DNA from: Lingula anatina
Taxonomy: Eukaryota > Animalia > Brachiopoda
Reading direction: 5' to 3'
Assembly (NCBI GenBank): GCA_051362555.1
Contig: CM120643.1
Location: forward strand, 15,102,644 to 15,166,643
Length of the DNA: 64,000 nt
This document shows positions 13,796-25,825 of this stretch, piece by piece. How positions within the stretch are numbered: position 1 is the first letter of the stretch; every line of letters starts with the position of its first letter. The position numbers were made by a program, and so were the translations under genes. A model generated the notes under the pieces. The model saw nothing but the letters and a program-made list of their open reading frames with translations, did not search any database and was not told the DNA's origin.

Positions 13796-14630
13796 GATGT
13801 CTGATTTTTAGGAAAACAAAAAACGATCAATCTAAGTGCGCCATTTCAGTATGCAGAAAATTTAATACAAAGCGATCATTTTGAAAATCATGAACGACTG
13901 TCAACATGTAATTTTCGCATGTTCCAGTCCGTGTCCTGTTCCAAAATACGGAAGACTAGGGCAGCTTCTATCAGTCGTATGTACATTTTGCAGTATCTTG
14001 GCAAAGGAAATGGCAGTGTTCTGAAATATAAAAATAACACGCGTTAATGGCATAATTAAATATCCCAATGCCATTTATATTAGCTTAGGTAAAACGGTAA
14101 TGGAAGAGGCATGCAGTTCAAAATCCAAAATTCTCCTATATTTCTCAAATTTCAATGAATGTTGTAAACCCATTTCTATTATACTACGAGAATGACATGG
14201 AAAACACGACCAATATTATTGGAAAGCTTTCTAAAAGCAAAGGTCAAACGAATACGAATAATTCCGTCAAGGAACAGAATATATTACTGAACTGCGTAAA
14301 GAGTTAATAGAAGGCAAATGACAATGCATAATTTAGTTTTCTCGTGAACAATTAACAGATCTAATCATGTTTGTGAGATTTCTGGAAGTTTGCCAATCGA
14401 AATTTTGAATCTTTGCTTTCTTTGCACTAAAGCCGAGAACAAATATACAGGGCGTAATTCTGGATGAAAATTTACATTTGCAAAGCATGGGAATCAGGAG
14501 CCACATAAAGACATGGCTTACATGATTATCCAAGTCTTAGCCAAATTCAGAATAATACACAAACAAAACTGAAAAGGTTACTTAAAAATCAGAAAATTTG
14601 TAGTGACTTTTCATATTCACTTAAAATTTA

Positions 14631-15494
14631 CTCTGGTTCTCGGTTTTCAGTGATGACAGTAAGCACAAATAACACAGCATGGGAACGCAGGACTAATATT
14701 TAACCAAGCCTGTCTTTCTCAATCACTCCTTGCTCCCAAAATAAAACAAATCAGAACAACTTTAATAACGCTCCTCTGCACGTTTTAGGCATTTTTTTTA
14801 CTTTAAAAATCCAAACCAAACGAAGTATTAAGGTTTACGTACACTTAGGTTGAATATCGAAATTAGCGTTTGGAGGAACAAAATGCTTAGTAATAACATT
14901 TTTAGATGATAATTCCGTAACTTTCTTAAATAAGTGACCAAACAGTAATAATGGACTTTAGAATAACAGATAATATAATAAATCCTATAATGTTATTTTT
15001 AAAAATCTATAGATTTTTTAAGAATTATGAATTGTTCACTATCTTTTTTAGCAAAATTGACAAAAGTTGAAGTCTAAATATTCATCGATTCCTTTCAGAT
15101 TACTCATTACCTCCCGAAAATTGGGCTTTGCGGCAGCTCAAGTGATTTTCAAAATATGGAATGCAAAAGGCTATGATTAATGTCAGTCCTACAAAAACAT
15201 ATTAATGGACAAATGATATCTAAATGCCATTTCCGTTTTTGTTTTTCGGCACTACTGTTTTGTAATAGAAGTCCTAAACGGCGTATAAATGATCCCAATT
15301 CTGTGTATATTTTGTAGCCAACTATAGGAATAGTTTTCTTATCACATATGCAACAAAGATTTCCATTCTACTGCTGCAATATTAAATTAATTTTTATTGC
15401 GGGTGGCAATCTTTACCCCACCCCTTGGTTTAACTTTGTTTCAGAAAACAGATGTTTGATCCCCGCCCAGCACTGAAAACACCGAGAACCAGAG
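14631..15494. mobile_element. Non-autonomous TIR element (~865 bp)
   Basis: CTCTGGTTCTCGGTTTTCAGTG (14631-14652) is inverted at 15471-15494 with a 2-nt insertion; no clear TSD. Confidence 0.5.
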
Positions 15495-16001
15495 GAAGTT
15501 TATTCACAACCACAGTGTCAGATTAATAATTGTGAAAATCGTTACTGTATATGTGGAAAATTCGGCAGTAACGTGGGCACATTTTGCCATTACATATTGT
15601 TGGGATTTCTAAGGAGTTGTACGTTTTATTAACAGTGTCTTTAGTAGATTTAAATTTCTTCTTCTTTTTCGACTGAACACACGATAAATGTAATTTTACG
15701 TAACGGGGTTACCAGAAATCAACATAATTTAGAATAAATAAGAGTATATCTTCAAGTTTACAGCGAGGTGTCAAGTTGCAGATTTGCCCACACATATTTT
15801 CAGTGACAAATAGAAAACATTTCTTTTCTTGGAAATTAATATATGATAATTTTAAAACAATCACTTTATCATTTTATACAGACATTATTTATATTAAATA
15901 AGAAATTCAAATCTAACGTTTCTGGATTCGAAAAAGGACGGGTATCAAACCCGACACAAAAGTATACATAAATAACCCACATACCACTATGATCAGATAG
16001 A

Positions 16002-17383
16002 GGGCCATTCCGAGGTATTTTTTGTCATTAGGGAAGGTCATTTGACACTTCAAATGAAAATATTTTAAAAAGTAAAAAAGTTAGAAGGTCCATTTTTTTG
16101 TATGTTTATTCCTCTATATGTAAGTTATATTTAGGCAAAAAATAAGGTTTAAAAATTTATCATTACGAAAAAATTATAATAAATAGCGTCTCGGAAGGAC
16201 TTGAAATGGACATGGAATTTTAACTTTCAACTTCAACACCAAAATTCTGTCTGTGGAGATATTATTTAAAGTCAAATCAAAATATGAATATTTGATTATT
16301 TCACTTTCTCAATATATAAACATTTTTTTTTTTTTTTTTGGAAAAAATATTAATTTGAAAATTTTACATATAAAAAAAATCAAGTAGGCGTCACGGAAGG
16401 ACGCGTTTCGGAAGGACGTTCTGTCCATTGCTAAATAAAATGTAAAACATGGCTAATAATAATATTTTATGAATACATACCAGCATAAGTTTAATGAATA
16501 ATATTAAAGGTAAACATGTCTTCCCATGATAATTTATTTCATCTTCAAACATGTTACTGTTTTTGCCTATGATATAAGTTCTCATCTGCTCTGATCATCT
16601 TTAAATAATATTGGGACATTTAAGAGAGAATATCTTACCAAATTTATTAATTATAAATATAATATATTGTCTAACTAATAATAACTTCAAAATTATTCAA
16701 ATGAAATGTTTCTCAGTTTAAAAATGCTTCTATATATGATAATTGTGCATTTTAAGTTCAATATTATCTTGAAAGACATAAGGGTTTAGGGCTCATTAGT
16801 CACATGACCTGTTATTGTCCAATCAAAATGCCTCGTATGTCCTTCCACAGTGCTAGGTGTCATGTTTAATGCTTATATATTTGGATTAAATTTCTTATTG
16901 AAGTGGTTCTAAGCAAAAATGTTTTCGTATTTTGTTGGCCCATATCATGGTTGAGAATATGAAGTTATAAGTTTTTAGCTTTTGTAGTTACTGAGAAAAA
17001 CTTAAAAAATAGGTACCAAAATCATCTCGGGAGGACAAATTGATATTAATTAATCCATTATTTTATAATCAAAATTTTTTTTAATCTAATGCACTTGACT
17101 AAATGTAAGAAGTAAGTTATATTTTATGTATTTAGCCTTTATTGTTTAAAATGATCACTATTATGAAAAATATATCAAAAATAAAAATGTCCATCCGTAA
17201 CACTATTTTATAAGTTTTCCGGATAAAAGTGTCAATAAAATCATAATTAATCATCAAAACCTAAAATTCCTTTTGGATTCTGGTGTCTTATGGTGTCTGG
17301 TTTCAGAAATTATAAGTTTTGTAAGTAGGATTCTTTTTTTTTTTAATTTTGAGGTATGCAGACCAAATACCACGGAATGGCCC
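16002..17383. mobile_element. Non-autonomous DNA transposon, 19-bp TIRs, 4-bp TSD TAGA (Sola2-like)
   Basis: TAGA|GGGCCATTCCGAGGTATTT ... AAATACCACGGAATGGCCC|TAGA; internal CGGAAGGAC-type motifs in both orientations; superfamily inferred from GRG terminus plus 4-bp TSD. Confidence 0.8.
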
Positions 17384-17643
17384 TAGAGCACTGTACTACA
17401 GTATGACATAGTAATATACAATTACCAAAAAGAGCAAACCAGCGACATGCAGGGTGGACGCCAAGTATGGATTAAATTACTGGGAGAAGTTTCATAAATA
17501 AAAAGCTCATTTTATTCGACTTTTAATTTGACATACGTTTGAAAGCAGAATGTTACAACCAAAAGCAAGCATAAAATTACTTACTAAATGTCGTCCCTGC
17601 AAATTAACGAGCAGACAAACGTTGGCATAGGAGGAAATCTTGG

Positions 17644-18438
17644 CATGGGTGTGGGGCTGCATGTGTCGAACACGAAACCCGTCTCTGAGTAGGACGCTTC
17701 TGGTATCTTCGTAAACGGTACTTAGAGTCACTGGAATTCGAGTAATAAATTCACATTCACGAAACAATGTCTGAAGATCTGATAAAGCAGTGCACGTTCA
17801 TTACAGCAATTCGTATCAGCAGCCTTTGAGTTATAATTAACAAATCGCAATTAAGCTTTAAAATTATACATATATATATATTCATATTGAACCCTCGTGG
17901 AAAGTTAATTGTATTAGAAACAAAAGGGTGCCCGAAAAGCACTGACGGAAAGCTAAGAGAAAGTATACTTCACGTCAGTTAGATGTCCACATAGTCATTA
18001 TGCCTAGAGTGCACCATATCGGGAAAATATCGTCAATGCAAAACATGGGTATGGGGCTGCATGTGTCGAACACGAAATGTGTCTCTGAGTAGGACGCTTC
18101 TGGTATCTTCAAAAACGGTACTTAGAGTCACTGGAATTAAAGGATATAATTCCCATTCATGAAACAATATCTAAACATCTGATGAAGCAGCACATGTTCA
18201 CTGCAGCTACATGTATTCATGTCAGTATCCTTTGCGTTATAATTAAATCGCAATTAAAATTATACAAATATATATTCATATTGAACCCTCATGGAAAGCT
18301 AATGGTATCAAAAACAAAAGGGTGCCCAAAAGACCATGAGGGAAAGCTAAGAGAAAGTATACTTCACGCCAGTTAGATGTCCTCATCGTCATTATGCCTA
18401 GAGTGCACCATTTCAGGAAAATATCGTCAATGCAAAAC
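17644..18438. repeat. Tandem duplication, period ~400 bp, moderately diverged
   Basis: CATGGGT(G/A)TGGGGCTGCATGTGTCGAACACGAAA at 17644 and 18044; both copies end ATCGTCAATGCAAAAC. Confidence 0.9.
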
Positions 18439-19463
18439 CAAAAATCGACACAATACATTTTCTATCATCTTTACGTTACTTACGAGATACTGCTGCCGGT
18501 TTCAGTGCCACCTTTTCGGCCTACATGTGGCAGTAGCAATAATATGGCATGGGGCATCCTTCTTCTCCATCTTCTACTGACCTTGGTCCTAACTGAGCAC
18601 CTCTCACCAAAACGCTCACCTGATTTACATAATAATGAAGAGGTCACGGACGCTTCGATTTGAATTATAGTTTATGAGAAGGCAAAATAAGTCTCCATCT
18701 CGAAAAGAGGATTAGGGGCTGATGAAGTCATAATGACACGCACACACACAACAAAAATAAATGAATAAAAATAAAAAATCATTTTCAAAGTTAACATACT
18801 TGATTTTGCTTGACTGGGCATGTTTATTAGCTTTCATAGGTCGAGTGGACGAATTGGGGCGGGATTGTGACAGAAAAGAGGATTTTCATTCAATCTTACG
18901 GTATGTATAGCGTAATCGTACGGTTATTGATATTTCTTTCTTTCTTTTTGAAACATAGATGGACACTTTTAAAGGAAAACGTTATTGAATTGTCTTGTGT
19001 GTTACATCCATAGATAATATTCCATAAGTAAAAACTCTACATGTACACAATTAATATTTTAACTGTCTTTGCACGAATAAAACACACATATTTAAACTGA
19101 GCAAAATAATTTAAAGAATTGGTATATATTTGTATTATATCAAGTTTTTCTTGTCTTGAAAATTCTGAAAGAAAATGTTTGGCGCGTTGTTTCATTAAAT
19201 CACTTTTAAATACTGTTAATTGCATGTAACTAACTGAGCAATATTTATAAAGAAAATCTGCAATATGTTGTGTAAAAAAACAGTTCAAGTTATTATTAAT
19301 TACCTAGGATATTTCATCGTAGACAACGATCGGCGGTCGTCAGCGCAAGGCGTCAGCGCACGGTGCACGGCGGAGGACTGCTTATTATTACGGTGGAAGT
19401 CACTTGCTCGCGGTAGGCGTTTATCTCCGGTCACTCCTTCCTCCATCCACTCTTGTTTCCTTC

Positions 19464-19615
19464 CGCAAAAACGATTCTGGTTTCTCAGAATCATTTTTGG
19501 AAAACACCACTAGTTTCTAGTTACCAGGTTCGTTTTTGAAAAACGACACCAGTTTCTGGTTGCCAGAATCGTTTTTGGAATACGAAACAAATTTTTAGTT
19601 GCCAGGTGCGTTTAT
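19464..19615. repeat. Degenerate ~39-bp tandem repeat, ~4 copies
   Basis: Recurring TTCT(A/G)GTT(A/G)CCAG(A/G)(A/T)TCGTTTTTG(G/A)AA. Confidence 0.7.
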
Positions 19616-20578
19616 AAAAAAAAAAAAAAAAAAAAAAGACAATAGACACTAACTTCGGTGCCCCAGACTATATCATAATATTATGACTATGTCAATTATA
19701 AAATTTACTACTGAGAAGACTTACAGGTACGTGTTTACAAAAATATAAAAAAGAAAACATAAATGATAGATGTGTAATGATAATACACTTATTTGTGCAC
19801 TAAAATATTTGTTTTGATTACCTAAACAACAGTATAATCTAGTAGAAATAATATCATTAATGAAGCGAGTAAACCATGACAAAACAGCCTGACGAAAACT
19901 ATTGCTATCAACTTGATTTAGTCCAGGTTATTATTTTCGATACCTAGAAATTGTTGCCAGTAACGATTTTTTTACTGATTCGCTTTATGGAATTATAAAT
20001 TATAGCGATATAACCTAAAATATTCACACGACAATTGATTATACCTTTGTGACGTCATGAAGTAAGTCGATTGTCATGATGGTTTATGACGCCATCCACA
20101 GTTGCCATAAAGACATCTTCGTTGTTTTCTTGACGACAGCCAAGATGGCTATATTAAGTGTCGCATTCCGCGATAAAACGATGGATTTATTTACTTTTCT
20201 GTATAAACGTGTAAGTATTTTTGTAGCAAGAGTTAGAGCGCACCCTAAATATTCAAGCTGAGTAGAAAAATGCGTGAATGTTTTTTGTACAAAACAATTT
20301 CGCAACTGAAATGAGGTGTGTCATATGACCTCATACAAAACTCATGATTCCATTTGTTAACTGTTAAACTGACAGTGAATCAGAATTCGAATACATACCC
20401 GTGATTTGTTTTAACATTTAGCGTAATTAAATGGAATCATAGATGATATTGTATATATAAATATATGTGCATCACACATATAACTGAAGTAATATATGCA
20501 TTCAAACCAGTTCATGTATTCCTGTCGTCCACCGGTCCGCTTATCTGCCATTGCGCATCTTTCTGTTTCGTTCATCAG

Positions 20579-20783
20579 GTTGTAAAGGGGCGTGCAACCC
20601 TGTATTTTGTTGGTAAAGTGCTGCCCATCATTCTAAGTTCTGGGCAGTACTATACCATTTACGGGCAGCAGAGCGGCTCTGAAGAGGTAAGATTACATTA
20701 CATTACATGCCTTCATACGTGTATTATGAGTCCAAACTTATTTCAACTTTCATTTTTCCCTTTCTATTGTAAATATTGTATGA

Positions 20784-20849
<66 letters not shown>

Positions 20850-22340
20850 GTTTTGTTATAAAAACAGTTTCGACTAATTAAGATATACATCTTTTTTTTA
20901 ACGCAAACGATATATCTGATACACGTGTTATTTTTCAACCTTCTTCTAGCGTAAGGTCCGTAAGATTACTGGCGAACAGAGAAATAGTATTTTACTTGAA
21001 GACATCGGCCTGGGAGCACTAGGAGAGAGATATTACCACCACAAATCTCGTCTCTATGAATCAAGCCCCTTTTCTTTGACCTCGGAAACACCAAGTAGCG
21101 AGACCTCTCTATGGAGGACGTGGAGTCCATGTCAAGAGACATGGAAAACTTGGACGCCTTGCCGCGCTGGTGTTCTAGGTTCCCCATACGGATGCCTGAT
21201 TAATATCCCCATGACCAGCCTACGGGGAGGGCCAGGTGGGGTATCGGTACTAGGGCGTGGTGCCTTTGGAGAAGTCATACTGCATCGCTATTATCCCGTC
21301 GACGGCGGGCTGTCCCAAGACGTCGCTGTGAAGTTTTTCTTCAGAGGCAGCTCCATGCAGATGGCACACGAAGCCAGCGTGCTGCTGTCCCTTAGTGAAC
21401 TCCACTGTGTCCCCAAAGTGTACGGCCAGGTGGTAGGAAGCAATAGGCCCGGTCTTGTGATGTCGGCCGTACCGGGGATAACGCTGAGGAAATTCCTGAA
21501 GAAGTGGATCTCCAATCTTAGCTTTCAAAGGTATGAGCATTGATACCTTACTTTGATCATATTTATCTGCACCTATCATTATCATGTATCTGTTTTTCTT
21601 ATTCTTTGTTATTTCCTACTTGTTATTTGTCCCCGTAAATAATTTATGCATGTATTTATCAATTTCTCTAATGGCAATTACCAAGTATCTTTTATATATG
21701 AATGTGGAAATTGGCTCCTCTCAGACTCTGTAATATCCGTTTATCATAGATGAATCTATCATTTAATCAAGTTATTTGCTTAATATCCACTTCATCGTAT
21801 TTTTTCAAAAGGAGCGTGACCAGGGCGGATTTCATCCATATCTGCGTCCAGGTGGTGAGGGCCGTCCACTCGTGTCATGGCCGTGGCGTGCTCCACAACG
21901 ATATCAAGTGCGACAACGTGATGGTTCAAGTTGTTCCACAGTACCCCCACCGGTACAGAGTAAGTCTTATCGATTTCGGTAATGCTACCCATGTAGGAAA
22001 CTCCATCCCCTACTACATCGACTCTGACCGTGAGAACGAGGACAGATACTGCTGGCTGGCCCCAGAGGTGAGGAGAGGGGAGTTGCCATCTGTTTTCTCG
22101 GACATCTACAGCGTCGGGGTGTTGCTGGGAAAGATCATGCACACTTCTGCCCTCTACGCCGACCTGGGGTATCTCGTTGAAGGTTGCATGTGGGAAGAGC
22201 CCGAAAGCCGATTGCCGTTGAGTGAGACAGAGAGGAGGCTCGCTAACAAGATCGGGTTAATGAGGTTCAAAAGCGGGGTAAACAGACACGCTGACGAACG
22301 GGCAGACAGACATGCAAGGGGGGAGGTAGGGGCGCATTGA
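20579..22340 (+). CDS. Divergent non-RD Ser/Thr protein kinase (5' end uncertain)
   Basis: Exons 20579-20686 (or from ATG 20465), 20950-21530 and 21812-22340 join in frame. Motifs: LGRGAFGEV, VAVK, alphaC E (HEASVL), HNDIKCDN, DFG, WLAPE, SDIYSVG. Internal Met at 21211 would give a 282-aa kinase-only protein. Confidence 0.85.
20789..20847. repeat. (CT)n microsatellite
   Basis: ~29 CT units in a kinase intron. Confidence 0.95.
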
Positions 22341-22585
22341 CGGACGGGCGGACGGACGGATGGGTAAAGGACGATGGAGGACGGAGGTGGAGAGATGGAG
22401 GGAGGGAGAGAGAGAGACAGACGAATAGATTTATATTTGGGATTGGAGGGTGGAGGCGAGAGATGGAGGGAGAGGGAGAGGGAGATAGACGAATAGATTT
22501 AAAATTAGGGATGGAGGGTGGAGGAGAGGGATGGAGTGAGGGAGACAGACGAATAGATTTAAAATTAGGGATGGAGGGGGGGGGA
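22338..22585. repeat. GACG/GGAG low-complexity tract plus ~60-bp tandem repeat (3 copies)
   Basis: GA(C/T)AGACGAATAGATTTA(A/T)A(A/T)TT(A/G)GG recurs at ~22415, ~22485 and ~22545. Confidence 0.8.
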
Positions 22586-25427
22586 TAAAGTAGAATTAGA
22601 TGGATGCCATGTGTCCAGATACTGCTGTGTCTCTAACGCCAACCCAAAATGGCGATTACTCTTTACCAAAGAGTCAGACGAGCGCTGTTGGAGATTTTGC
22701 AATAAACCAGGCCACTGGACGCTCTGAAACCACCAACGTTGACACTGTTTATTCTGACATTGAGGTTCTCGTTTCTGCAGTGAACAAGCAGATCCCTATT
22801 CTGCAATGAACTTGGTACCTGATCTGACGAATTCTACCGTGAAACTGGACATTTTTTAGTTCTTTTTTTCTCCAAGCAAACTCTGTCTTTTATAGGCTTT
22901 AGTTAGTGGACTCTAACCATCCTTCCCGTCATTGAGGGCGACGTTACATGGCATAATTTGTGGTCTAAGATCGACCTCACCTTTGTACTTTAAGATGTAA
23001 TATTTATGAGAATGAAGTACTTGAAAAAGTTGGAAAACAAAAACGCCAAAACAAGTAGAAATGATATTGTTTGTCAAATGCAGTTAAGTCGAGGAAGAAT
23101 GACAATTTTATCGTTTATTTTTGCATGTCAATGCCATACCATAGTGCATGAACGTCGTGCACAACAAAGCAACGGTCTCCGAATATTCTCATTTTCTGCT
23201 GTCTGAATCGTATCGAACTAGAACTGAGATCGAACACGCCATCCACGATCATCCAGCCAAAACCACGCACGCAAGATTTATCAAAGTAAAATACGTCCTA
23301 GTATGCGAACCTTGTCACGTGCATTACTTTTGCTATGACCCACTAACAATTTTACTGGGTCTTAGGTTTCTGTATGCGATTTTAATGGTTTTCACGCTCA
23401 TGTGAGTCATGCTTTTTAAAAAGATTACATGATTAAAGATAAAGATGTTGGTACTAATTTTAGCGTGGAACCAAATTGATAAAAATTTGACTGTCAATGT
23501 TTTTAATTTTGTTATGTGGTGACTTATACAAATGTAGTCAAAAATGGGTTTGACTATTACATCCAGGACTGTAGGATAACAACAAAAACAATAATAATAA
23601 TTAAATTAAAAAATATTAAATAAGAAACTTGTAAAACAGATGCCTTCTTCAGTTTAATTATTAAAAATTGTTTTGCATCAAACTACAGTTTTCAATACTC
23701 AAAATTTAACAGATGGAATTTGTTCTAGTAATTGAGTGGAATTCTCAAACAAACAACAGACACGTGGGGCACTGGTGATGTGAGCATCATCAAATTTAAA
23801 GATTTTTATCACAGCAGAAGATAATTTCTGTAGTCATAACCTCTTGTTAAAAGTGCACTCGTACCAAATGTCTTTCTTATTTTCTTACTTGAACAAAAAA
23901 AAAATACATTTTGTGCTTCATGTCAACAAGTAACATTGTCTTTTAAAATCACTGCACGTAGCAGCAATCATTATGTAAAAGAAAACTGCAGGTATTTCAT
24001 AACTTCTCTACTGCAACCCGTTTTATAACGACTGTAATCTTATCTAAGATTTCCACTGTTGTAGACATCCACATTCACAAACAGGAGGAGATATGTAACT
24101 CTAGATGAATCACCAAGGCAAACTTGCACCAGACCCCTGTAGATCTATATTCTGGATTCCCCCTCCTGTAATTTGAGCCCAATATTTGGTTGAACTTTCC
24201 TAATCAGTCAGATTAATTGTGCTGGTCAAATAAAATGCAACAATGGGAAATTTCTTTAGGCCTACACAAACTTGATGACAAGACTTAATTATTTAATATT
24301 TTAACCCTCACGAATGGATGACACTTTCATTTTCTTCTATTGTCTGGTATGAAGAAAGACACACTAAAGTAATATTAAGAAGTGGCGTTGTTTCTCATTG
24401 ATTTTACATAGGATCAACACAAACGGAATTTTATCATGTTCACAAAATGTACACCAATTTTTTATCATTATTTTCAAATGAGGTAAACACAACGCTTTGT
24501 CATTATTTTCATATCAGGTCAACACATACAAAATTTTGTCATTATTTTCACATAAGGTCAACATTAACAAACTAGATTTATAACACATAACTACATGTAA
24601 CTACTTTTGTAACACATTACGTATATTTGCAGTTGCACAAGCATACAATACATGATAATGACACAGTAGTGTTGTACTGTGTCACAATACATATGGTTTT
24701 TCCTGGGCTTCAACTTTAAAATGCAACAAAGGAATACTACACTTGCAAATGCTTATATTCCACAGATTTTCACTTTAACATAAATACTTTAAAAGGAAAG
24801 GTCTCTTAGGATAAATTGTTATGATTATCTTCAAATTTTTTAAAATACATCCCATTGCAGAACAGAGACAGCAAAACTAAAAGAATTACCAGTTCTTCAA
24901 TAATAATTATCTCTGCAAAGCTTTTACTGTACTGTACTAGTAGGTAGATTTGCTGCCCGAAACTGGGTATAAAATCCCAATCTCTTTGATCCTCTGAGTT
25001 AATACACCATCTTGATATATGATGAGCAAATAAATTCACGGAATGTCCCCGCTTGAATTAAAAATCCTGTTAATCTCCTGATTGGTCAGTTTAAAATCAG
25101 ATTTGGTCATCACTGGCTGATATAATGATTCCTTAATATCCACATAACCAATCATGTTGCACATGTTTCTTCCCTAGCTAACCAAGCATAATTTATAAGA
25201 AATCTCTGGCAAAATACACTTATTGACAGTACAAACAATCAAGGAAAAAAAAAAAAAAAAACTGTGTCATGTAACTGCACAGTACGGAGAAGGTAACCAC
25301 CTTCCCCGATTTGTCCATAATCACTGCCAAGTTTGGTCATCTGTGAGCCATAAAATCCAGTAGTCTTCCTGTGAATACAGTTAGTACAGGATCCAGCCTG
25401 CAAGTCCGTGTATGCCATTGACTAGTC

Positions 25428-25767
25428 TCAGCCAAATGTGTTTTCTCCGCTGTATGCTACGTAAAGGAAGCCATCTTCATCCTTGTGTTCTTCAAAAATA
25501 CTTCCCATGCTGGCACTGAAAGAAACAACAGACACATTTAGGAGGTGTTTGAACATTCATTTGCTTGAAAAGGCTTATAAAATGTCACATAAAACAGATA
25601 TGCATGCAACATCAATAATTTTAACACAACTTCACCAAAGGTAATTCTGATTATAGTTTATGTGATATTCTTCTCATTCCCAAAAACAATGAAAGCAAAT
25701 CTACATACAGTTGCACAATTTCAATATGACAGAAATAATTTCAATCATTCCTTAAATCTATATGAAA

Positions 25768-25825
<58 letters not shown>

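Noticed and set aside
22600-22809. 69-aa ORF after the kinase
   Set aside because: No homology, no splice support; lies next to low-complexity repeats
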